From contig NIVC01000168.1 of assembly GCA_002269645.1 (NCBI GenBank), positions 475,297 through 539,296 of the forward strand: a stretch of 64,000 bases of DNA, read 5' to 3'. Of this stretch, positions 38,215 through 48,819 are shown piece by piece. This stretch comes from Macrostomum lignano (lineage: Eukaryota). The translations under genes were made by a program, and so were the position numbers. The notes under the pieces were generated by a model. That model worked only from the letters and a program-made list of their open reading frames with translations, did not search any database and was not told the origin of the DNA. The first letter of the stretch is position 1. Each line of letters begins with the position of its first letter.

Positions 38215-38860
38215 AACATTAGCCCTAATATCGCCCTGACAGTAGCCCTTATATCGCCCTGACAGTAGCCCTAATATCGCCCTGATAGTAGCCCTAATAT
38301 TGCCCTGACAGTAGCCTTAATATCGCCCTGACAGTAGCCCTAATATCGCCCTGACAGTAGACCTAATATCGCCCTGACAGTAGCCCTAATATTGCCCTGA
38401 CAGTAGCCCTAATATCGCCCTGACAGTAGCCCTAATATCTCCCTGACAGTAGCCCTAATATCACCCTGACAGTAGCCCTAATATCGCCCTGACAGTAGCC
38501 CTAATATCTCCCTGACAGTAGCCCTAATATCACCCTGACAGTAGCCCTAATATCTCCCTGACAGTAGCCCTAATATCTCCCTGACAGTAGCCCTGACAGT
38601 AGCCCTAATATTTCCCTGACAGTAGCCCTGACAGTAGCCCTAATATTTCCCTGACAGTAGCCCTGACAGTAGCCCTAATATCTCCCTGACAGTAGCCCTA
38701 ATATCGCCCTGACAGTAGCCCTAATATCGCCCTGACAGTAGCCCTAAATTCGCCCTGACAGTAGCTCTAATATCGCCCTGACAGTAGCCCTAATATCGCC
38801 CTGACAGTAGCCCTAATATCGCCCTGACAGTAGCCCTAAAGTTTCCGACGGTAGCCCTAA
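38215..38860. repeat. 22-bp minisatellite, ~29 copies
   Basis: Unit CCTGACAGTAGCCCTAATATCG. Confidence 0.95.
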
Positions 38861-39464
38861 GAAATCGCCCCGGTTATAAGCCCTTGTCACTTTAATAATC
38901 GGCATTATTGCCATTGTGCACCATCAATCGCAATGCTGCCCGAGGCCGACAGTCGCCCTGCCTTCTCAAAAGCATCCAGTTAGTAAGCTATGCTATTGCA
39001 GTGCAGAACAGCCGTACCAGCGCTTGTTCCGTGTTTGAAGCTGAGTTGGCGACAAAAATAATTGTAGCCGGTTCTCGTCACCGATCCAGGCAGTGTCATT
39101 GTTCAGCTGGGCAGTGTACTTTACACTGTCACATGATTTCCCTCTGCGCTCCTAGGGTAAGGGAACTGTTTTAACGCGGCACGGGCTTGGGGTGTCCCTT
39201 CTGTTTGCCTTGCGTTGCCTTCGGGTGCACAGCAGAGCTTCAAGTGTTTTTCTCCCGGTCTGTCTGTCTGTTTTTGTCTCCAGCTTATGGCTAATGGGTT
39301 TTTGTTGGGTTTGGCAGCCGGCCAGAATTCCAAAAAAATACGACAGCCAAGGACTACTGAGTAGAGCATTTTTCCTTTATGAGTTGCCTTTAGGGAGTTT
39401 CTAAATTCTAATCTGTGCATTACAGCCTACAGGCCTTTGCGAGGTTAGGCCGGTTTCTGGGCCA

Positions 39465-39965
39465 CCGCTGCTCCCACAGGTTCTTCAGTGCGCCACCGCT
39501 GCTCCCTCAGGTTCTTCAGTGCGCCACCGCTGCTCCCTCAGGTTCTTCAGTGCGCCACCGCTGCTCCCTCAGGTCCTTCAGTGCGCCACCGCTGCTCCCT
39601 CAGGTTCTTCAGTGCACCACCGCTGCTCCCTCAGGTTCTTCAGTGCGCCACCGCTGCTCCCTCAGGTTTTTCAGTGCACCACCGCTGCTCCCTCAGGTCC
39701 TTCAGTGCGCCACCGCTGCTCCCTCAGGTCCTGTGCTGCTCCCTCAGGTCCTTCAGTGCACCACCGCTGCTCCCTCAGGTTCTTCAGTGCACCACCGCTG
39801 CTCCCTCAGGTTCTTCAGTGCGCCACCGCTGCTCCCTCAGGTCCTGTGCTGCTCCCTCAGGTCCTTCAGTGCACCACCGCTGCTCCCTCAGGTTCTTCAG
39901 TGCACCACCGCTGCTCCCTCAGGTTCTTCAGTGCACCACCGCTGCTCCCTCAGGTCCTTCAGCAG
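39465..39965. repeat. 31-bp minisatellite
   Basis: Unit CAGTGC(G/A)CCACCGCTGCTCCCTCAGGTTCTT. Confidence 0.95.
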
Positions 39966-40078
39966 ACCTGTGCTGCCTTCTTTCTGGTATCATTAGGCAG
40001 CTAAGATCAGATTCTGCTTATTAAGCAAAAATATCAATTCTTTGTTTTAACTATAAATTACAGAATTTGGTTCACTGG

Positions 40079-42744
40079 ATGGCTAAACTGCTTGTGAAAG
40101 CATGGAAAGGCTACAATGCCATGCTAATTAGCAAACCAATTCTGGCTCCAGCAGTATCCACAGGTGAGAACCCATCTCATGTTCGAATGGGCTAGCTAAC
40201 TAACTAGCTCGTAGCTAACTAAGAAGCTAACTAGCTAACTAACAAAATAACTAGCTAACTAACTCTCGTGGCTAACTAACCAACGAACTAACTAGCTAAC
40301 TAACTAGCTAACTAACTGACTGACTAACTAACTAACTAACTAGCTAACTAGCTAGCTAACTAATAAAATAACTAACTAACCAACGAACTAACTAGCCAAC
40401 TAACTAACTAGCTAACTGACTAACTAACTACGAGTAACTAACTAACTAACTAACTAACTAACTGACTGACTGACTAGCTAACTGCACTATTGTGTTGCGC
40501 ATTTTTCTTCCTCCTCAAAACAGCAGAAGCATTGCTAGGGGGGGGGGTGTAATTTGGCAGTTCTGCCAGCCTAGCTTCTACAGCTTCTACAGCCAGCCTA
40601 GCGGTCCTTGGTTCGTTTAAGGCGTTTTGATGGGCGCAGGGGATCTACTGGCGCAGTCGGTCGAAGCGAGCCAGCAGGCCGCCAAAGCGGAGGGCACCGA
40701 AGGCGTCAATTGGCGACGGACAGCTCGACTGTTTACGCTGGGCTGCTGCCTCTATGTGAGCCATTTGCCGATGCACCAGCATCACGGACACTTTGACATC
40801 ATGGACACATTCACATCACGGACACATTCAAATCACGAACACATTGACATCATGGACAGATTGACATCACAGACACATTCACATCACGAAAACATTGACA
40901 TCATGGACACATTGATATCACGGACACTTTGACATCATGGACACATTGACATCACGAACACATTGACATCACGAACACATTGACATCATGGACACATTGA
41001 CATCATGGACACATTCAAATCACGAACACATTGACATCATGGACACATTCACATCACGGACACATTCAAATCACGGACACATTGACATCATGGACACATT
41101 GACATCACGAACACATTGACATCATGGACACATTGACATCACGAACACATTGACATCATGGACACATTGACATCACGAACACATTGACATCATGGACACA
41201 TTCAAATCACGAACACATTGACATCATGGACACATTGATATCACGAACACATTGACATCATGGACACATTGACATCACGAACACATTGACATCATGGACA
41301 CATTCAAATCACGAACACATTGACATCATGGACACATTCACATCACGGACACATTCAAATCACGGACACATTGACATCATGGACACATTGATATCACGGA
41401 CACTTTGACATCATGGACACATTGACATCACAGACACATTCACATCACGGACACATTTAAATCACGGACACATTGACATCATGGACACATTGATATCACG
41501 GACACTTTGACATCATGGACACATTGACATCACGAACACATTGACATCATGGACACATTGACATCACGAACACATTGACATCATGGACACATTGACATCA
41601 CGAACACATTGACATCATGGACACATTCAAATCACGAACACATTGACATCATGGACACATTGACATCACAGACACATTCACATCACGAACACATTCTCAT
41701 CATGGACACATTCACATCACGGACACATTCAAATCACGGACACATTGACATCATGGACACATTGATATCACGGACACTTTGACATCATGGACACATTGAC
41801 ATCACGAACACATTGACATCATGGACCCATTGACATCACGAACACACTGACTTGAGATCGGACACATAAACATCATAGACAGTAATTAATTAACTACGTA
41901 AATAAGTAATGAATTTTGTGTCATTAACGCCTCAGACACATCGCAATTACTGAAACATAGAGACATCGTCATCACTGATACACAGTAATTGAAACCGCAA
42001 AAGACTTGTACTGAGGGACACAGCGCACAAATCAAAACGATAGCAACAGGGAAACCTCCAGTCATAGGGCACAAAACCAAACTTTCATATTATTTTTAAC
42101 GAGCTTTCCAAACAGTTTCACTAATTAACGCATCCAGGGTCCTTGGCTGAACCAATGGTACAAGTTCCTGGCAACCAGGTTCCAAGGCCAGCGACTGGCC
42201 CTGGTCAAGATGGTGTCAGCTGACCAGTTGGTCATGGCACCCTGTGTGATTGGCTCCTACCTGACTGTTGTCACCTATCTGAATACGGCCGATGCGACCA
42301 AAGTTTCTCAGCAGTTGCGCCTCTTTCCCGAGGTGTTGCTCAATAATTACAAGGTGTGGCCTGCTGTGCAGACTGTCAACTTCTTATTCGTGCCGGTCCA
42401 CTTGCGGTGAGCTGCTTGATCAACTCTGATTGGCTGCAGAGACTAGCTTGATCATCTCTGATTGGCTGGAGAAAATGGCTTGATCATCTCTGATTGGCTG
42501 GAGAGAATAGCTTGATCATCTCTGATTGGCTGGAGAGACTAGCTTGATCATCTCTGATTGGCTGGAGAGAATAGCTTGATCATCTCTGATTGGCTCGAGT
42601 GAATAGCTTGATTTTCTGGGGAGAATAGCTTGAGCATCTCTGATTGGCTGGCCTGTATAATCCCGCAGGCTAATCCTGGCCAACTGCGTGGCACTGCTGT
42701 GGAACACGTACATGTCCTGGATGGCGCACCAGGCCAGTCATTGA
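40079..42744 (+). CDS. MPV17: Mpv17/PMP22-family mitochondrial inner membrane protein, 187 aa
   Basis: Exons 40079-40163, 40622-40755, 42138-42406, 42669-42744 total 564 nt and stay in frame. Motifs AWKGYNAML..KP, LMGAGDLLAQ, WRRTARL, GPWLNQWY, KMVSADQLVMAP, NYKVWPAVQTVNFLFVP, WNTYMSWMAH resemble Mpv17. Confidence 0.92.
40190..40485. repeat. (TAAC)n/(TAGC) microsatellite in MPV17 intron 1
   Basis: Imperfect TAAC run. Confidence 0.9.
40790..41850. repeat. 17-bp minisatellite in MPV17 intron 2
   Basis: Alternating GACATCATGGACACATT / GACATCACGAACACATT units. Confidence 0.95.
42412..42650. repeat. 32-bp minisatellite filling MPV17 intron 3
   Basis: Unit AGCTTGATCATCTCTGATTGGCTGGAGAGAAT, ~7 copies. 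Confidence 0.9.
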
Positions 42745-42959
42745 TTACCGGAGATTGAATTAAGTTGTTCACGTCTGCTCGAATTTAGAACATTTTGCAA
42801 TTGTATGTCAAAGTAGTTCAGTAGCTGTGCAAGCTTTTAAATGCACTTTTAGTGTGTTCAAGACTTATAAAAATCGATTAGCAATATATGTTAATGATTT
42901 CTTTCAGTTTTTTATCGTAAAATGCATTAATCTGTTTCATACAACCCATCAGGGGATCA

Positions 42960-44215
42960 GGAGGTAGCGGCTGGCTCAGGGTGTGGGGAGTAGCGGCTGG
43001 CTCAGGGTGTGGGGAGTAGCGGCTGGCTCAGGGTGTGGGGAGTAGCGGCAGACTCAGGGTGTGGGGAGTAGCGGCTGGCTCAGGGTGTGGGGAGTAGCGG
43101 CTGGCTCAGGGTATGGGGAGTAGCGGCTGGCTCAGGGTGTGGGGAGTAGCGGCTGGCTCAGGGTGTGGGGAGTAGCGGCTGGCTCAGGGTGTGGGGAGTA
43201 GCGGCAGGCTCAGGGTGTGGGGAGTAGCGGCTGGCTCAGGGTGTGGGGAGTAGCGGCTGGCTCAGGGTATGGGGAGTAGCGGCTGGCTCCGGGTGTGGGG
43301 AGTAGCGGCTGGCTCAGGGTGTATGGAGTAGCGGCTGGCTCAGGGTGTGGGGAGTAGCGGCAGGACCCTGAAGGCTCAGGGTGTGGGGAGTAGCGGCAGG
43401 CTCAGGGTGTGGGGAGTAGCGGCAGGCTCAGGGTGTGGGGAGTAGCGGCTGGCTCAGGGTGTGGGGAGTAGCGGCAGGCTCAGGGTGTGGGGAGTAGCGG
43501 CAGGACCCTGAAGGCTCAGAGTGTGGGGAGTAGCGGCTGGCTCAGGGTGTGGGGAGTAGCAGCAGGACCCTGAAGGCTCAGAGTGTGGGGAGTAGCGGCT
43601 GGACCCTGAAGGCTCAGAGTGTGGAGAATAGCGGCTGGACCCTGAAGGCTCAGAGTGTGGGGAATAGCGGCAGGACCCTAAAGGCTCAGATTGTGAGGAG
43701 TAGCGGCCTGTCACTGAAGGCTCAGGGTGTGGGAAGTAGCGGCAGGACCCTGAAGGCTCAGAGTGTGGGGAATAGCGGCAGGACCCTGAAGGCTCAGAGT
43801 GTGGGGAATAGCGGCTGGACCCTGAAAGCTCAGAGTGTGGGGAATAGCGGCTGGACCCTGAAGGCTCAGAGTGTGGGGAATAGCGGCAGGACCCTAAAGG
43901 CTCAGATTGTGGGGAGTAGCGGCCTGTCACTGAAGGCTCAGGGTGTGGGGAGTAGCGGCAGGACCCTGAAGGCTCAGAGTGTGGGGAATAGCGGCAGGAC
44001 CCTGAAGGCTCAGAGTGTGGGGAATAGCGGCTGGACCCTGAAAGCTCAGAGTGTGGGGAATAGCGGCTGGACCCTGAAGGCTCAGAGTGTGGGGAATAGC
44101 GGCTGGACCCTGAAGGCTCAGAGTGTGGGGAATAGCGGCTGGACCCTGAAGGCTCAGAGTGTGGGGAGTAGCGGCTGGACCCTGAAGGCTCAGGGTGTGG
44201 GGGGGTAGCGGCCTG
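42960..44215. repeat. G-rich minisatellite, 26-bp units grading into 36-bp units
   Basis: GGCTCAGGGTGTGGGGAGTAGCGGCT changing to GACCCTGAAGGCTCAGAGTGTGGGGAATAGCGGCTG. Confidence 0.95.
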
Positions 44216-44789
44216 CCACTGAAGTACATAAGAGATTATGACAGGAACTTCTACAATTTTATTCTACCTATAACTTGCATAATTTATCTGTATATGCACT
44301 ACAGAGCGATATGCACAATCTCTATAGTTCATTTTAACTTAATATTTGTGCAAATGAATTTTACTGCGCACAATCTTTACAGTAATTAGAATGCCGAATA
44401 TTAATGTATTTCTGACCGCACGGAAGCTTGCAGCTTCGTGGTGATTTTATAACAATGCACTACTTTCTAATTACGTAAACAAAGGAGTCTTTTTTGCGTT
44501 TTTGCATCTTTGTGTATTAGCAGCAGTAAGCTGGAGTCTTCGACTAAGATTATGTATTTTAATTGATGGAGAGCAGAAACAACACTTACGAGTGGTTAAG
44601 CCTACAAGCCAGTGCAAAACGAGGCCTATCAGCACTATACTAATAGCTGACACAAAAGGTTGAATATTCCAATTATTTTATAATTATTTTAGCGCATGAA
44701 CTAGTTTACCTATGTCCCTCATCATTACATCATGCCCCGATCTCAGTCTCTCCCAGGCAACTTGTATAGTCTGCCTAATCATGTCTAGT

Positions 44790-45750
44790 CTGCCTCATCA
44801 TCATCATCATTCTCTGCACCACTCTCAGTCTCCCTCATCATCATCATCATCATCATCATTCTCTGCACCACTCTCAGTCTCCCTCATCATCATCATCATC
44901 ATCATCATTCTCTGCACCACTCTCAGTCTCCCTCATCATCATCATCATCATCATTCTCTGCACCACTCTCAGTCTCCCTCATCATCATCATCATCATCAT
45001 CATTCTCTGCACCACTCTCAGTCTCCCTCATCATCATCATCATCATCATTCTCTGCACCACTCTCAGTCTCCCTCATCATCATCATCATCATCATTCTCT
45101 GCACCACTCTCAGTCTCCCTCATCATCATCATCATCATCATTCTCTGCACCACTCTCAGTCTCCCTCATCATCATCATCACCATCATTCTCTGCACCACT
45201 CTCAGTCTCCCTCATCATCATCATCATCATCATCATCATTCTCTGCACCACTCTCAGTCTCCCTCATCATCATCATCATCATGATTCTCTGCACCACTCT
45301 CAGTCTCCCTCATCATCATCATCATCATCATTCTCTGCACCACTCTCAGTCTCCCTCATCATCATCATCACCATCATTCTCTGCACCACTCTCAGTCTCC
45401 CTCATCATCATCATCATCATCATCATCATTATCTGCACCACTCTCAGTCTCCCTCATCATCATCATCATCATGATTCTCTGCACCACTCTCAGTCTCCCT
45501 CATCATCATCATCATCATCATTCTCTGCACCACTCTCAGTCTCCCTCATCATCATCATCATCATGCTCCGCACCACTCTCAGTCTCCCTCATCATCATCA
45601 TCATTCTCTGCACCACTCAGTCTCCCTCATCATCATCATCATCATGCTCCGCACCACTCTCAGTCTCCCTCATCATCATCATCATCATGCTCCGCACCAC
45701 TCTCAGTCTCCATCATCATCGGCATGATGCGCCACTCTCAGTCTCTCTCA
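44790..45750. repeat. Minisatellite with an embedded variable (CAT)n tract
   Basis: TCTCTGCACCACTCTCAGTCTCCCT followed by (CAT)n of varying length. Confidence 0.95.
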
Positions 45751-45775
45751 CTATTAAATGATGATGCCCCCAGCC

Positions 45776-46442
45776 TCAGACTCCCGTCAGCCATTGCGAT
45801 GCGAAGACGCAGGCGCACAGCAGCTGCAGCGTCATGGCCACGCAGCCGGACACCAGCAGGGCCATGTTGAATGGCCGGTTGCTCGTCAGCTCGTGCTTTC
45901 TTTCGCCGTGCAGCACCCCGCAGAGTCCAGCGAACACCGCCAGGCAAACCAGGGCCACCGCCAGCAGCACGGCAAGCCAGTCGTCCAGGGTGAATGCATC
46001 GGTGCAGGAGTTCTGCGGATTGGGCGGCAAAGGCTTTGGCTAATCTCCTGGTGTTTGCGCAGTTCTCACCGCTCTTCTCTTGACACCTCTGGGCTTCAAT
46101 GCCTAAAAAAATCTGCATGTACCATGGAGCTCATGCAGCTCGGCCAGATTCGGCGCTTATTGGACACCCGGACACCGATTTGGCGACAACTGACACCAAG
46201 AGTCCACGCGCCCCAGAAAAGTAGGCAGCCTCTCCCTAAGAGCTCACCGAGGTCTTCTGCTTCATGCTGAGTCTTCGGTCTGAGCCGCGCGAGGTCACCG
46301 AAACCATCTCGACAGCGTCCTCGTCCTGCTGATCGTCCGCTTGCTTCTGGCCATCCGCAGTCCTCTGCGACTCCGCGCCATTTCCAATCTGCGACAGGCG
46401 CTTCAGCGGCACCTTCTTGACCGGAGGCTGCTGACTCGCCAT
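45776..46442 (-). CDS. Uncharacterised membrane protein (at least 2 TM), possibly incomplete; weak DUOXA-like N-terminal pattern
   Basis: Phase-0 exons 46442-46248 (TCG|GTGAGC), 46102-46070 (GCG|GTGAGA) and 46012-45776 give a hydrophilic N-terminus, then DDWLAVLLAVALVCLAVFAGLCG and ALLVSGCVAMTLQLLCACVFASQWLTG. Family assignment is uncertain. Confidence 0.5.
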
Positions 46443-48004
46443 CTCTTCTGGTAATTTGGCCCCGGAAAGCTGCGGTGCGCATGCTTAAAGTGGCAAAGCG
46501 CGGAACAAGAGAAACCAAGGATTGCAGAGCTGCGAGTTGTCTATGGCCGAGCGAGCAGTTTGGGTGGCAGACTTACGGATTTCAAGGAAATACGTGTAGA
46601 TTATAAAAATGAATGCGCTGAACATACTACTCAATTTTCTCATACTACTCAGAAGCTACCAATGTAACGATAAAATTCTGCTACAAAATATCTTTATACA
46701 TCCAGATACAACACATGTACATGCATACTGGGAAGCCTGATGCCCTGTAAAGTCTGAATTACATGTAGCAAGTCGGGAACACTGTATACTCGTACCCTGA
46801 ATAGGCACTTGAGTGTGCTCAGGAGTCAAAGGAATGGGCAGAATTGCCTGCCCTGACCGGTGGTTTTGAGACGGTGTGGCCGAAGGCGTTTTGCCAGGGT
46901 GCGCACAGCCCCCTGCGGGTACATATGTACGATATTATGCATACAAATGTGCATTAACATGAAAGCAACGGTTGTCAGATGATGTATCTTGATACAGCCT
47001 TCAGACGTGTGCAGTGATAGCCGATTTTGCTGCTTTTGCGAACTATACCAAGAGGGGGGAAAAATTCATCACTTTTTTGCTGCGCCGAAACGGAGCATGA
47101 ACGCAGGCACCCGAAATTCAAGACCACGGGCCAACTTGTTGTTGCGCACCTTCTCAAACAAGAATCAAGTCGCCAGCCCTCCGGACCGTCGAGATACTCG
47201 TATTCGACGATTCTGCCAGTAGGTCGGATTTAATTATTTCCATAAGCACCAGTGTATTCAGTACACCCCTGTGCGCCAATCAGCACTGCCTTGCCAAGCC
47301 TCCAAATTTCATCAGGACGTCGATCACATGTGTCTGCATCAGCTCACCGACTTCGTTAGTCACTGGTATTCACCCAGGCGGAGCTTCTGGATCTTCAACA
47401 GGTGGCACCAGGTGACTATGAATACCCTGGTGCGAATTTCTCTAGTTTCGCTGATCAAGCCTCAACTGCTGGACATCCTCAGCCAGCAGTCTCTTAAGCA
47501 TTCCGTCTTGAGAGCAAAAAAAATTGTCAGGGCCGGGAATCCCATTGTTATTGGAATTTTCGAACCTTTAGTTATTACAACGCGATGCCTGAGCAGAAGT
47601 TGCATGTACATTTATGCTGTACAGGTATCCCCTACTTCGCATAAAACAATTCTATTACATTTGTGTAAGCACATGCATGTTTCTTATCCCTGTTATTCAA
47701 TACGCAGAATTTGCATGCATATTGGAGTAAGTTTTTTTAAAACACGATGTACCTTTAATATCTTTGTGGATGGTGCGACAATTTTTATTTCATTTTCGAT
47801 ACGTTTTTATTCCAAATGAGATTACCAATAGGCGCAGAAAGAAATGTCTTGGCAAAAAAATTGACTAAAATAATATTTAAAGCAATTGATGCATTACAGC
47901 TCGACAGCGAATGCTATACGAGCGAAAAAGACTGCTTGAGCGACCGCGGTCCCGCAACTTCTGCTTTTGCCATTGAAACTCTGCTGAAACTAGACGTGCA
48001 TGTA

Positions 48005-48560
48005 TCTCCGACCCCCATTCCAGCCACCTTACTCCCTCCCTGCCCCTCTCCGACCCCCATTCCAGCCACCTCACTCCCTGGATCTCTCCGACCCCTATTC
48101 TAGTCACCTTACTCCCTGCCCCTCTCCGACCCCCATTCCAGCCACCTTACTCCCTGGATCTCTCCGACCCCTATTCTAGTCACCTTACTCCCTGCCCCTC
48201 TCCGACCCCCATTCCAGCCACCTCACTCCCTGGATCTCTCCGACCCCTATTCTAGTCACCTTACTCCCGGCCTCTCTCCGACCCCTATTCCAGCCACCTT
48301 ACTCCCTCCCTGCCCCTCTCCGATCCCCATTCCAGCCACCTTACTCCCTCCCTGCCTCGATCTCCGATCCCCATTCCAGCCATCTCCTCCCTGCACCGAT
48401 CTCCGATCCCCATAACAGCCATCTCCCTCCCTGCACCAATCTCCGATCCCCATTCCAGCAACCTCCCTGCCCCTCTCCGACCCCATTCGAGCGCCTCACT
48501 CCCTCTCTGCCCATCTCCGACCCTCCATTCCAGCCACCTCCCTACTGCCATCCCCATTTC
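48005..48560. repeat. Degenerate ~40-bp C-rich minisatellite
   Basis: CTCTCCGACCCCCATTCCAGCCACCTTACTCCCT... units. Confidence 0.9.
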
Positions 48561-48819
48561 CAAGCATGATAAAGTATACGGAGCTAATACACGGAGCCGG
48601 ATACTCGTACGACACTATTTTTGAAAAGACGCTTTCTTCAAATGGTACTGCTGGCTTCCAACACGCAGAGTAAGTCGACCCTCTCACTAAAGCTGACAGT
48701 TATCGTTCGGAGTTTCGTCACATTCCGCACCGTTATCCTAGATGATGTGGAATGAGAGATGCTTGTTACTAAGAAACTGCCCCATATTAGGATTATAAAG
48801 TACACAAAAATCTGACCTG

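Noticed and set aside
44712-45761. His/Ser/Ile-rich ORFs
   Set aside because: Translations of (CAT)n-containing repeats.
47271-47560. Possible + strand exon (DVDHMCLHQ...RWHQ) flanked by AG/GT
   Set aside because: No recognisable domain and no consistent multi-exon model could be built.
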